Shown: piece by piece, positions 51,963 to 64,000 of the stretch
Numbering within the stretch: the first letter of the stretch is position 1
Layout of the letters: the number at the start of each line of letters is the position of its first letter
NCBI RefSeq assembly: GCF_004010195.1
Contig: NC_057719.1
Coordinates: 83,866,388-83,930,387, forward strand
Direction of reading: 5' to 3'
Length of the DNA stretch: 64,000 bases
Origin: Chiloscyllium plagiosum
Lineage: Eukaryota
The notes under the pieces: generated by a model
Database searches by the model: none
The model's input: the letters and a program-made list of their open reading frames with translations, nothing else
What the model was told of the DNA's origin: nothing
Made by a program: the position numbers and the translations under genes

Positions 51963-52872
51963 TTGTCCAATTGATAGCTGCCCTCCCTTACACTATGTAT
52001 AAGTCCCTGAATGTTCACTTTTGTTTATTAACCTGTATCCTACTCACCAATGAGTCACTTCTATTAACATTGAGTCAGAGGGTCAGCCATTGCAATGCCA
52101 TGACCAGTTGCCCTAATTGCAGAGGAGATAAAGAATTATTTGTGGAGTGTCACGTGACCCTTCTTATGGAGTAGCCTGATTGGGCTACTGAACGTCAGGG
52201 TAATCGGTCCATTCCCTTAAAGATCTTCTCAGGGTGAATACCAGTGCAGAACCATGCCTCCTCCAAATGAAATGGTCAGTTTTTAAATTAAAGACCTCCT
52301 CTGAGGTGATAAGGTCAGCCTGCAGTGTATCATCAAGATTCAGGATAAACATCCTTCACTGGTTTTACTTACCATCTGAGGTGGATCGTCACAGTTTCTC
52401 TTTTGCCTATTCTGACCTCTGACAGTTGCACACATTGCTGGAATCTACCTGCTCCTGGTTCTGCCAGTTCTTCCTACTGTCAGGGTCTGCCTGGTCCAGG
52501 ATCTGCTAGTCTGCCCTCTCACCTGAATTCATCTGTTCTGATCTCTGTCAGATTCTTTAATGGCCTGAGTTTTGCTGTGTCAATTCCAGCCGGTTTCATG
52601 CACCTCATTGATCTGCCCAAAGCATGTTCTGCTAGTCTCACTTCAGTGTCAGATCATGGATGCTGCTGCTTTGCTTTGCTTACATTTTAATGACAGTGTA
52701 GGGCGGTGCTGGGTATGCTCAGGAGAATAATTTTTCAATTTTACCACTATCATAACGTTGTGAAACATGCTCAGCGATGGTCTTGAAGTAAGTTGTTAAA
52801 CCAGGACCATTTATGCACAGTAGACGTCAAGTTGTGAAAGTCCCAGAGGTCCAAAGGAGCTTTTTAAGACAT

Positions 52873-53190
52873 TTCAATAAAAGATCATTCATGGGATGGG
52901 GGCATCACCGGCTAGGCCAACATTTATTGCTTATCCCTAACTGCCCAGAGGGCAGTTAAGAATAAACCACATTCCTGTGGGTCTGGATTCACATGTAGGC
53001 CAGACCAGGTAAGGATGACAGTTCCCTTCCCTAAAAGACATTAGTGAACCAGGTGGGTTTTTCTAAAAAGCAACAATGGATTCATGGTCATCATTAGACT
53101 CTTAATTCCAGATTTTCATTGAATTCAAATTCTACCACGTGTGGTGGGATTAACATTCCAATGATAAAACCAGTAGGCCATCACCTCTCA
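52873..53190 (-). mobile_element. tRNA-SINE, same family as 4985-5335
   Basis: Reverse-complement colinear match to the copy at 4985. Confidence 0.8.
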
Positions 53191-53814
53191 TTTGAGAGGG
53201 AGCAAGAGAGACGACTGGGGCAGGGGCGAGGTTGAGAAGACAGGATCTTCATGCTAACCTCAACCTAGTGCTGGACTTGAACCTGATCAAATGGCTGCAC
53301 TCTGCATTGCAAACCAGCCATCCAAGATAACCGACTCTCTCACCAGCAAAATATAAAGCTTGCAGGGAGAGACACCAAAATGTTCATCTTACAGCAAAGT
53401 GTTCTGACCACTGCCCATCACATAACCTGATGTCTAGAAATGCTAGACATGTCATCAATCATCTATTGATAACTGCTTCATTGGTACAACAGCAATTTGC
53501 AAAAGGAGCATTACAAAGATTTGAAAAAAGGCTACTGGGGAGGGAAATTGAGTTGTGGGACCATTGGATAGCTCATTCTATAAGCCCACATTGGCACGAC
53601 AGGCTGAATGGCCTCACTTTTTGCGGTAGGTTGCAGTGTATTGCTTTAGCGCATTCCTGAAAAATAAACAGGAAGCAATTTGCTTGCCAAAAGCTGTTAG
53701 GAAATTAATTAGTTTACATATCAACATAAGTAAATAAATCACTGCACTCAAGAAGGAACAACAGCCCTTTTCTATCCATATGTTTAGTTTCACGAACAAA
53801 TTAAAACCAACTTT

Positions 53815-55272
53815 AATACACCAGTGGTGTACCAGAGGATCAGTGCCTGGGCTCCAGCTGTTCACAATTTCACTGTGAGAACCAATTGTAATATCTGCAA
53901 GTTTGCAGATGACACAGAACTTGGGAATGTGAATTGTGAGAAGAATGTGAAGAGGATTTTGGCAGGCTGAGTGGACAAGGGTGTGGCAGATAGAATATAC
54001 TTTGTGAATATAGTGAATATATTAGTGCGAGGTTATCCATTTTGGTCAAAAGCATGAAGGGGCAGGGTATTTCTAGAAAGGTAAGAGGTTTGAAAGTGTT
54101 GATGCCCAAAGTGACCAAGATGTCCTTGCTCATAATTAACTGAAAACTAGCATGTAGGTACAGTAACAAGTTTGCAAACGATCATTTGCCTTTTTCTCAC
54201 AGTGATCTGAGTAAAGGTACAAAGAAGTTTTGCTTCAATGGTACAGTACTCTGGCTCAACCTCATATGGAGTATTGTGTGCCGAACTGGTCCCCTTGCCT
54301 TACAAACCATATATTTGCCTCAGAAGTTCAGTGGAGGTGTACTGATTACTGGTACGGTAGAACTACATTATGAGGAAAGATTGAGGAGACTGTGCCTGTG
54401 TTCTCTCAAATTAAGGGGAGAAGTGATCTCATAAAATCTACAAAGTCCCTGAAGGAATAGACAGACTCGATGCAGAAAGTATGTTTTCCCTGGCCGTGAG
54501 GTGCTCAACCAAGAAACACTGTTTCAGAATAAATGGTAAGCCATTTAGACAGATGAAGAAGAATGTCTTCGCACAGAGCTTAGTGAATTGGTGGAATTCT
54601 CTGCCCAAGACAGTTGTGGAAGCTCAGCCATTAGACCAGTTCAGATTGTTAGTTACTACTTTTTACTCACAAATTATATCAAAGGAGAGAGTGGTGGGTG
54701 CGCGGAATGCATTGCCAGCAGTGGTAGCACAGTCAGGTACATTAGGAACATTTAAGCGACTCTTGGATAGGCACATAGATGACAGTAGAATGAGGGATAT
54801 GGAGGTTAGTTTGATCTTAGAGTAGGATAAAAGGTCGGCACAACATCGCGGGCTGAAAGGCCTGTACTGCACTGGGAGAAAGTTAGGACTGCAGATGCTG
54901 GAAATCAGTCGAGAGTGTGGTGCTGGAAAAGCACAGCAGTGTCAGGCAGCATCTGAGGAGGAGAATTGGCATTTTGAATAACAGCCCTTCATCAGAAATG
55001 AAGCTTGTAAGCTGAAGGGGCTGAGAGATACATGGAGGGGGTTGGGAACCCTTCATTCCTGATGCAGGCCTCTTGCCCGAAATGTCGATTCTCCTGCTCC
55101 TCGGATGCTGCCTAACCTGCTGTGCTTTTCCAGCACCACACTCTGTGCTGTGCTATGCTGTTCTATGTTCTAAATGTCGATAGCATGGAAATACATGAGG
55201 TAGATGACCACCAATGATGTAGAATGATGGATCAGGCAGGACAAATGATCTTCTCCAGCTCCTATGTTCCTA
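53815..55272 (+). mobile_element. Degraded CR1 with a nested younger CR1 3' end (54683-55172)
   Basis: GVPEDQC/KFADDT-like motifs and YEERLRRL.L.SL. The nested copy reads ERVVGARNALP..FKRLLDRH. Confidence 0.8.
54874..55145. mobile_element. PLE-derived fold-back element with two decayed hammerhead motifs
   Basis: Arms gagtgtggtgctggaaaagcacagcag... and ...ctgctgtgcttttccagcaccacactc; + strand has cCTGATGcaggcctcttgcccGAAAtGTCg. Confidence 0.8.
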
Positions 55273-56249
55273 TAGTTGACAATTATTTTTAAAATACATT
55301 AAACAACCGAAAAAAAGACGGATGCTGTAATCTCATGACCGGACTTCAAAGAAACCTTCCAGAAGTTTGTCAGAAGTCAAAAGTCAGCCTGAAAATCGAT
55401 CCTTCATGTACCTCCTTGATGGGACTAGAATTCTAAACATTGTAATTATAAACTGCCAGGGTGACATCGTCTCGAAGAAAAAAAAAGCATAATTAATGGT
55501 ATTACAGGTTCTCCTCATTCAGAAGGAAGATGTGATAATGACATTCCACTTAACCAATGGGTTAGTGACAGTCATTTATTTGTGATGCAAACCATTGTCT
55601 TAATAGTAAACCCCCACCCTTTACTTCAACATCCACCTCCTCCCCACTACCACCACCACCACCACCAAAATCTCCAACCAAAGAAAGCTTGGTAATCTGA
55701 CTCCCACAGTGACATAATTTTTAAATAGCAGTCAGTTATGGCAGACAATACTGCTTCTTACAGCGTTTACTGAGGATACCAAGCACAAACACCAGGCTAT
55801 AAAGAAGAAAGAAATTCTAGCTAGTATCTGTGTTCTCTACAAAGCAGAAACAATATCCATATTAGAAGAACTTTGAATGAGAAAAAATTGTCTCCAACTC
55901 CTGAATTGCTGGCCAGCCAATCATCCAGTGTCTCAAAGCCCCTCTTAAAGTAAATTCATTATTAAATTCATCTCCCCGACTGGGTTTGTACTTAGGTTGC
56001 TGTAAATTGAATAATCTATTTGCCCTTTTTGAGTAGGTTTAACATTTCCACACTGTCCTTAACAGTGTGTGGCTTTCACACACAAAGAAGATAACGAAAT
56101 CAACGAAAGGCCAGTGCAAATTTGTACTTTACTTTCTTCAACACGTCTCACTTGGCTTAACAAAATCCACATTGAAATCGACAAAAACATTATCATTTGA
56201 TTGATGCTTCACAGCTTTCCGCCATTAATGTAGAGTTCAACAACTTTAG

Positions 56250-56800
56250 ATCATAACTATTAAAAAGCATGCAGAATCCTTCAAGTCAAATACAAAAGCT
56301 GGACAGTTATTCTAATGCTTTATAAACCAGAGATGGGTTCCAGTACTGTGCCTGATTAGGGGCAGGGAAGGATGTCCAGGCTTTGCATTGGAAACTAGAA
56401 ATAAATCAATAGCGTGACACCAGTTATATGAACGGATAAAATAAACCCTTTACAACACAGAAGATTCAGGAGAGATTTAATGGAAGTGTTCAAATTTTTG
56501 AGGAGGTTTAGTCAAGGCGGTGTGAAGAAATTTCTGTTGTCCACAGAATACCAATTTGATGAAACTGGCAAGAGTGAACGATGGGATGAGGAAAATTGTT
56601 TTTACACGGTGAGTCATGGTTACAACTGCACAGCCTGAAAGGGCAGATTCAGTAGGAATTTTCTAAAGCAAATTTGATTAATACTGGCCAAGGAGAATAT
56701 TTGCAGGGCGATGGGGAAATAGCAGGGGTCGAGACTAATTGGAAGTGCTTTCAGAGGTCTGCCATGTGGACTTAATGATCTTTCTCTGTGCTCTATGATT
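56250..56800 (+). mobile_element. Highly degraded CR1 3' portion
   Basis: RRFRRDLMEVFKFLRRF-like motif and a CR1-type 3'UTR. Confidence 0.6.
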
Positions 56801-58721
56801 CTAACCATTTCCTCCCATTTTGTTGAGCAGCAGCTGGCAATAATGATTCTGCTGTAAACATTTACACCTCCCCGGACACATTTTTGTTTCTTTACCCGTC
56901 CCACAATCCCTTTACCATCTACCATCATCCCTCCATCCTTTGTTCTTCAATTTCACTTGGCTATTCATTCCAGTTCCAATGAAAGGTATTTAAACTTTAT
57001 AAAAATAAATTAATATGTGGGAATGTGGTGCTTCAGGCAAGATATTCATTGACGAGTGCTAACTGCCCTTATTTGAGGCACTGGGCCACTGCAGACCACA
57101 TAGGTATGGCCTCAGTTAGAAAGAGAATACCAGAATTTTGAGCCAGCAACAATGGAAGAAATTAATTTCCCTCAAGTGTGAGTCTGATTTCCTTTTTTAA
57201 ATCATTATTCTTTGCCATTTCCACCATCTTCTTGGGAAAGGGGCTCCAGGTCATTATCGCACAATGGTGCATAAAATGCTTCTTCCTCATGTTCCTCTGT
57301 ATCTTCTGCTGAAAGCTAAACTCTGTGTACCCCAGTGATTGTACCATCAGCTAACGGGGACGGCTACGAACAAATAATGGACAGGAAAAAGGTCTCTAGT
57401 CCATTCAGGCTGTCTAATACAATATGTGCACGCTCTACATTATCTTCTGGGTTATGCATAATCAAAAACTAGATTTTATATTTAAAAAAGGCAAATTTGG
57501 GAGGAAAAGTATGACTTCTTCAATGTCATTAGGGGGAAATCAAACTAGGTCTTGCAAATTACATGTTTTAACTTTCAGCTGAAGAGTTCATGCCTCAACA
57601 TCCACTGATGTTTGTATTAAAAAAAGTGCTATTTTTCAGTACTTTTCCAGAAGTTTTGTTCTCTCACAAGTTTTCACCGGAGGTGAAGGAACACAAAGAA
57701 CATGTACATGCCAATTTTGCTGTCGATCACCAGAAAACATTTGAGAAGTCACTTGAACTGATTCATGCAGAGGGTCAAATCTCTTAAGTCAGCAGTTTTC
57801 TATACCGCAAGTTGAACAGTCTATTTGCTTTAAAGTTGATTCATGCAAGACCTATGAGGTCTTGAGGCACTGTGAAAATAACCATACTGCTGGGCCAAAT
57901 GCTCCAGGTTCACATACCACATTGGCCTTGATAGCCATGGAAAGTTTGTCATAAAGTAACCAAACAGGCTAATTTTCTTTCAGTAAATCCGTCTGAAGCA
58001 CCTATGGGTACTGGCAAGAGCAGAAGAGTTTCCTGGTCAGCCAGAACCGTGTAGTAGCAGCAGCATAACAGCCTCCCCAAGTTAAAATATTTCACATTGG
58101 TTCTTGCCATGAGTAAGCATCATCGTCATTCTGAGGGACTACCAGATACAGACCTCCTTATTTCATTACGATTTGCTGCTGATCTGTAAATTTGAAATTT
58201 GCATTGCTTATGTGCTACCCAATATAGATTAATCCCAATATTTGTGCAATGCTGTAGATAAAGACTCCAGCCTATGTTTTATCCTGCATCTAGTGTGCAG
58301 CCTGTGTTTTCAATAACACGTAGTACCATTCTATACATAACAAATCCACTGCAAGCTAAATCTAAATGTGCAGATGGAATTAGACCCAAGAGAGAAATGC
58401 ACACTCGCCAAGATAAAAATTTAAAGGAATTTCACCTCGTGCAGATCCTCTCGCCTCCCACCTCCCACCAAACTTTTCTGAGTTTTGGCTGACTGAATTA
58501 CAGCATCCCATAAAATTCCTGCTGACACAACGCTCTGTCTTTTCTTGAATAAGAGAAATACTCCGGAGTTTTTCAGCGAGTAACAGGACTTTACAAAATG
58601 ATTTCAGCTCACACTGACAAATTTCTGGGGCTCAGTAAGGTTACACAACACCACACATCTTCCTGCCTGGGAAGGGTACAAGGCTGCATCTCCAGAAGCA
58701 ATGTATAGGAATGGGAGCAGG

Positions 58722-59472
58722 AGTCATAGAGTCATAGAGATGTACAGCATGGAAACAGACCCTTCGGTCCAACCAGTCTATGCCGACCAGATATCCCAAC
58801 ACAATCTAGTCCCACCTGCCAGCACCCGGCCCATATCCCTCCAAACCCTTCCTATTCATATACCCATCCAAATGCCTCTTAAATGTTGTAATTGTACCAG
58901 CCTCCACCACATCCTCTGGCAGCTCATTCCAAAGACATACCACCCTCTGCGTGAAAAAGTTGGCCCTTAGGTCTCTTTTATATCTTTCCCCTCTCACCCT
59001 AAACCTATGCCCTCTAGTTCTGGACTTCCCGACCCCAGGAAAAATACTTTGTATATTTCTCCTATCCATGCCCCTCATAATTTTGTAATAATCTATAAGG
59101 TCACCCCTCAGCCTCCGATGCTCCAAGGAAAATAGTCCCAGACTTTTCAGCCTCTCCCTGTAGCTCAGATCCTCCAACCCTGGCAACATCCTTGTAAATC
59201 TTTTCTGAACCCTTTCAAGTTTCACAACATCTTTCCGATAGGAAGGAGACCAGAATTGCACGCAATATTCCAACAGTGGCCTAACCAATGTCCTGTACAA
59301 CCGCAACATGACCTCCCAACCCCTGTACTCAATACTCTGACCAATAAAGGAAAGCATACCAAACGCCTTCTTCACTATCCTATCTACCAGTGACTCTACT
59401 TTCAAGGAGCTAGGAACCTGTACTCCAAGGTCTCTTTGTTCAGCAACACTCCCTAGGACCTTACCATCAGTC
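58722..59472 (-). mobile_element. Young HER1/CR1 3' portion with an open ORF2 C-terminus
   Basis: Uninterrupted ~220 aa: RDLGVQV..SLK...LYRTLVRPLLEYCVQFWSP...LERVQKRFTRMLPG...WNELP, with a (ctctatga)n tail. Confidence 0.95.
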
Positions 59473-59644
59473 ACTAATAAATCCAATGAGGAATTCAGAA
59501 GAAATCTCCTTATTCAGAGCATGATCCAAATGTAGAACATGCTACAACATGCAAGAATTAAAATGTCACATTCCTGACTTGTGCCTTAGATCCTCCAGAT
59601 CCTCCTGAAGCCGCTATCTTCCTCAAAGCACACATTCCCACTTA

Positions 59645-60250
59645 GTTTCATATCTTCTGCAAATTTGAAATGTTGCATGTGGTCTTCACCTCCAGTTCAC
59701 TGACATATATTGTGAACAGGTGGGACCCAAGTATTGATCCTCGGGGTACCCCACTAGTCACAGCTTGCCAACATGAGAATGGCCGAGGCATTAACATTGA
59801 CTAGAAACTGAAGTGGACGAGTTATATGAACACTGTGGTTACAAGAGCAGGACAAAAGCTGGAATTTTACAATGATAAGCTCGCTACTTGACTCTGCAAA
59901 GCCTGCTCATCTATTCACCATACACACAGAAGTCAGGCACAAGTCAGGGAGAACACTCTCCACTTAACTGGATAAAGATACATCCAACAAAACTCAAAAA
60001 GCTCAACACCATCCACAACACATAGTCCAGAGATGTGCAGGCTAGGTGAATTAGCGGTGTGGGTCTGGGTGGGATGCTCTTTGGAGAGTTGGTTTAACCT
60101 GATGGGCTGAATGGCCTGCTTCCACACTGTAGGGATTCTATAATTCTATAACACAGCTACACGTTTAACTGGCATGCCATCCACCATCTTGAACACTGAT
60201 TCACTCCACCGCTAACACACAGCGGCAGCAGTGCATGCCATCAAAGATGT
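59645..60250. mobile_element. Mosaic of a CR1 RT fragment (-), a CR1/L2-group LINE fragment (+) and an HE1 3' half (60024-60150, +)
   Basis: GVPRGSILG/KFAED on the minus strand, similarity to 9240-9500, and an HE1 tail. Confidence 0.7.
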
Positions 60251-61722
60251 ACCCAAAGTTGTACAACATACTGCCTGTACACTGCATTCCAGCCTACCAA
60301 AGGGTGCCATGGTCAAAATACAGGTAAGACGAAGTGACCAATTCTGTAAGGAGTTGTTCCTCTAATCAGAGCCAATAGCTCTCACATTTGCTGCTGATAG
60401 CCTCATTGGGGGATGAGGTCGCTGCATGGAGGTGGGGAGGGGAGAGGCTTCCTACTTGAGGGTTGGAGGGTAAATGTGGAGGGTGAGGCTGGAAGCAGGA
60501 CTCTCAGTTGCACAGGAAGATTCAAGATCATGAGGATTGTCAGTGACAACAACAGGGAGACTCAGGAAAGTGGAAAGGGAGTGGAGAAAGCACATTTTGG
60601 TGCCTTTCCAGCCAAAACACATTTCTCCTCAGCGATATTAATCTTAAAGCAGCTTGAGTCTGGTTAACTGGAATCTATGCCAATGCGTGCCCAGCTCTCT
60701 CTCAGTGTGACAGTGGGTGAGAGTGAATGGACGAGAGACCCAGGTGTGCGCGCGCACACAGACGGACAGTTCACACATGCGCTCACAAACACTCCTCCCC
60801 ATTCTCCCTGTCTGAAAACCTATCCTTGCACAAACCAGGTTGGGAGAGGACGAAAACTCAGGCTGAATGTCAACCTGTTTCTGACCTCACTTTTGTAAGA
60901 ATTCTAGCGAGGCTAGCTCAGAATCTGTACCACCAGATGCAAACACAAGGTTAGTCAACATAACTGTTAGACTTTGCCCTCATTCCCTTCCTCACTTGGT
61001 GATAAAACTTGGTGCCTCATCTATTTCTCTGAAACCTGGGACTGTTAGCATACCTGCCCTTGCCCTCCCCCAACCCCACGCTCCCACCACCACCCCCCAA
61101 AAGATAATGGCGAGAATAAAAGGGAGAATGTTTATTTCTGACTGCAATACAAAAAAAAACCTCAATTTCTAGTCTCGGTAGTGTAGGCAGTGCATTGCCT
61201 ACCTAATTACCAGAGAACAGAAAGCCCAAGGTTCAATGTCTGCTCTGTATAAGCCAGCAGATTTTTTGACATTTTCTAGGGCTATAACTAACTTTAAGAC
61301 CTTGGACCTTGAGGTGGGTCTCCCACTCCCAAGCATCAATATTGAGTGTGCATGCTGGAAAGCTTCACATCCAGTATTCTGACCTCTGCAATAAAGAAAT
61401 ATGCCAGCACTATATGCTCATAAGGGACAAGGCATTGCAAAATCCACAGAAGCCAATTAACTTGCATGACAATTGACAAGCAGTGAATGGTCGGGGGAGG
61501 GTGGGGTGGTAGAGAGAACAATTGGTAGGGAGAAAAAGGAATTAAGATGGATTCCTTTGACCTTGGCGGTGATGTGACCAAGTAAGATAATCCCACCTGC
61601 TGCCTGCAAATGTATCACATGACCCAAATGAAAATGGGCGATGACAAGAGCAGAACAGCCCTGACCCCCGAGTACCAGACCAAACACACCTTTACTACTC
61701 TATTAATTCCAGCACTGGAATG

Positions 61723-62250
61723 CACAGTCCAAAGATGTGCAGGTTAGGTGAACTGGCCACACTCAGGGTGGCACGGTGGCACAGTGGTTAGCACTGCTGC
61801 CTCGCAGCGCCAGAGACCCGGGTTCAATTCCCGCCTCAGGCGATTGACTGTGTGGAGTTTGCACATTCTCCACGTGTCTGCGTGGGTTTCCTCCAGGAGC
61901 TCCGGTTTCCTCCCAGAATCCAACTATGTGCAGGTCAGGTGAATTGGCCATGCTAAATTGCCCGTAAATGTAGGGGTAAATGTAGGAGAATAGGCCTGGC
62001 TGGGTTGCACTTCAGCGGGTCGGTGTGGGCTTATTGGGCTGAAGGGCCTGTTTCCACACTGTAATTAATCTAATCTAATAATCTAATCGAATCTAAATGG
62101 CCCAAGCTACGTGGCTTAGCCATTGGAAATGCTGGGTTACAGGAATAGGATGGGATGGTAAGTCTAGGTGGATCGCTCTTCGGAGGGTTGATAGGCCACA
62201 TGGCATGTTCCCACACTATAGGGATTCGATTATTCTATTCTTTGATTCTA
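61723..62250 (+). mobile_element. Young HE1 (61766-62095) nested inside an older 5'-truncated HE1
   Basis: The outer copy starts cacagtccaaagatgtgcaggttagg and resumes after the (taatc) tail, ending gggattcgattattcta. Confidence 0.88.
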
Positions 62251-62844
62251 TTGTGACAGAAACCATACCACTAAGAGTAGGTAGCTTATTTTTTCTGGTC
62301 CTGAGACCCAAAGGTACAAGCCACACAGCTCATTGAGAGTCTTTGAGGTGAGGGCACTCAGTAGTTGGCCTAACATGGATTCAAAGCTTCAACAAAATTA
62401 TATATTACTGGTGGGCAATGTGCCATCAGCACAAGCTTTATGTGAATGTTTGAATCCCCTCAAACACCATCTCATTCTTATTGCCAGCTCAGGCAGTCAG
62501 CACTCCCATGGCAAAGGAAGCAAGTAATCAGAATACAGTTTTGGCATTTCTCCCAAACACTTCTTAGTCATTCACAGCCAGATCATTTTATATACCAGAC
62601 AGCTACCACCCACACAAATCTCTGCTTCAGTACACAGTTCTTGCAGAGTTATCGAACCTCGGCTGGGATGGTCAAATTGTTGGCAGTGTGTTGACCTAGG
62701 GAGAGGAAGAAACTGCCAACATACTTACAATGTAGTGAGCATAGCCTGAGATCACAAGCAATATAGGTACCCCAAAACCCCATGCACTAGACTGGTCTGC
62801 TGGCATCCACTAGTTAGATGTACACTTGAGGACATGGATATGAG

Positions 62845-63120
62845 TGGTATGGTGGCTCAGTGATTAGTATTGCTGACTCACAATACCAGGGACTCAGATT
62901 TGATTCTACCCTTGGTGATTGTGTGAAATTTGCATGTTCTTCTTGTCCCTACATGGGTTTCCTTCCACAGTCAAAAAATGTGCAGGTTAGGTGGATTAGC
63001 CGTATAATGCACAGTTGCAGTGAGAGGGTAGGGAGATGGGTCTGGATGGGATGCTCTTTCGAGAGCTGGTGTGAACTTGATTGGCTGAATGGCCTGCTTC
63101 TACGCTGTAGAGATTCTATA
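62845..63120 (+). mobile_element. HE1 V-SINE (diverged)
   Basis: Head, V-domain and tail present. Confidence 0.85.
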
Positions 63121-63291
63121 AATCGCAAGGTTACTGCAGCAGCATTTCAGCAGAAAATCGGGTTGGATCCAACTTGAAGAAATTAAAACTTAGGACCGTA
63201 TAAAGCCCTTTCTGTCAGAAAGGCAGAAGGATAGCAGTGGATGTGAGGCTGACTTGACAACAGCACCTTGTATAGCCTCTTCTTGACCAAG

Positions 63292-63519
63292 GAGAAAGTG
63301 AGGACTGCAGATGCTGGAGATCAGAGCTGAAAATGTGTTGCTGGAAAAGCGCAGCAGGTCAGGCAGCATCCAAGGAGCAGGAGAATCGACGTTTCGGGCA
63401 TGAGCCCTTCTTCAGGAATCAGTTTCCTGAAGAAGGGCTCATAACCGAAACGTCGATTCTCCTGCTCTTTGGATGCTGCCTGACCGGCTGCGCTTTTCCA
63501 GCAACACATTTTCAGCTCT
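63292..63519. mobile_element. Young PLE-derived palindromic element with 15-bp TSD
   Basis: ~96-bp inverted arms (63323-63418 and 63424-63519); TSD ctcttcttgaccaag at 63277-63291 and 63516-63530. Confidence 0.9.
63384..63419 (-). ncRNA. Minimal type I hammerhead ribozyme motif (PLE type)
   Basis: Minus strand attc-CTGAAGA-a-GGGC-tcat-GCCC-GAAAC-GTC-gatt shows the conserved core, a 4-bp stem II and a palindromic ACGT stem III. Confidence 0.65.
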
Positions 63520-63791
63520 TCTTGACCAAGCCAGGGCAGCCATTCTTGACCTTAGTGGACACGGTGACTCTGAATGTGCTGAAGCTGGATCCGTCACTGC
63601 TCTTCCCCCCTCATTTGAAAGGTTCAGATAGGCAAAGTCAGTGGGAATGGAAATGTAACATCTTTCATCCCTTCAATACACCAAGGTATATTCATTTCTC
63701 AAATTCTAACCTCTCCACCATTGACAGCTGCGTCTTCCTGTAAATTGACTCCAAACTTTCCCTCCAAAACTCTCCATTTCTTCTCCTTTAA

Positions 63792-64000
63792 ATTTGATTT
63801 ATTATTGTCACATGCATCAAGACACAGTGAAAAGTAGTTTTGTCTGCTAACCAGACAAACCATCCCTTCCATGATAGAACAGAATGAAGAATATACTTGT
63901 TACAGCTACAGAGAAGGCACAAAGATAAACTCTAACCAATGAGAGGTCCGTTCGTAAGTCAGAAAAGAGCGGGCAAGAAGTCGTTCTTGAAGGTAATAGT
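63792..64000 (-). mobile_element. Probable Rex1/Babar-type LINE 3' end
   Basis: Tail tttattattgtcacatg...acagtgaaaag; FKNDFLPAL on the minus strand. Confidence 0.5.

Noticed and set aside
52234..52690. Possible exon near the minus-strand GTAAGT donor at ~52372
   Set aside because: No convincing acceptor or open frame, and no recognisable protein.
58806..59486. Intact 226-aa ORF as a host gene
   Set aside because: It is the C-terminus of CR1/HER1 ORF2 in a 5'-truncated copy.
63321..63743. Near-identical ORFs on both strands (MCCWKSAAGQ...)
   Set aside because: A consequence of the DNA palindrome; there is no coding evidence.

Overview
Repeat-rich eukaryotic DNA from a cartilaginous fish. 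The HE1 V-SINEs, HER1/CR1 LINEs and DeuSINE-like elements are shark-type; an orectolobiform (bamboo-shark-like) source is my inference. The only convincing host coding sequence is one 85-nt minus-strand exon (42975-43059, VVLTNQITTRLSQ...). It matches the RAD51B exon that begins VILTNQITT, so the window is probably two large RAD51B introns. Also present are a 5'-truncated RPL27A processed pseudogene (7875-8270) and a near full-length decayed L1 whose 3' 1.5 kb is inverted. The rest is about 17 HE1 SINE copies or fragments, many CR1/L2 fragments, Tigger-like MITEs, a 35-bp minisatellite and two N gaps. Several Penelope-like element (PLE) remnants carry minimal hammerhead-ribozyme motifs, some as fold-back hairpins. 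Almost all ORF-track entries are TE-derived or spurious. I see no clear wholly new gene system. The best leads are the ribozyme-bearing PLE hairpins and several unusual rearrangement signatures. Family names come from recognition, not database searches, and repeat boundaries are approximate.
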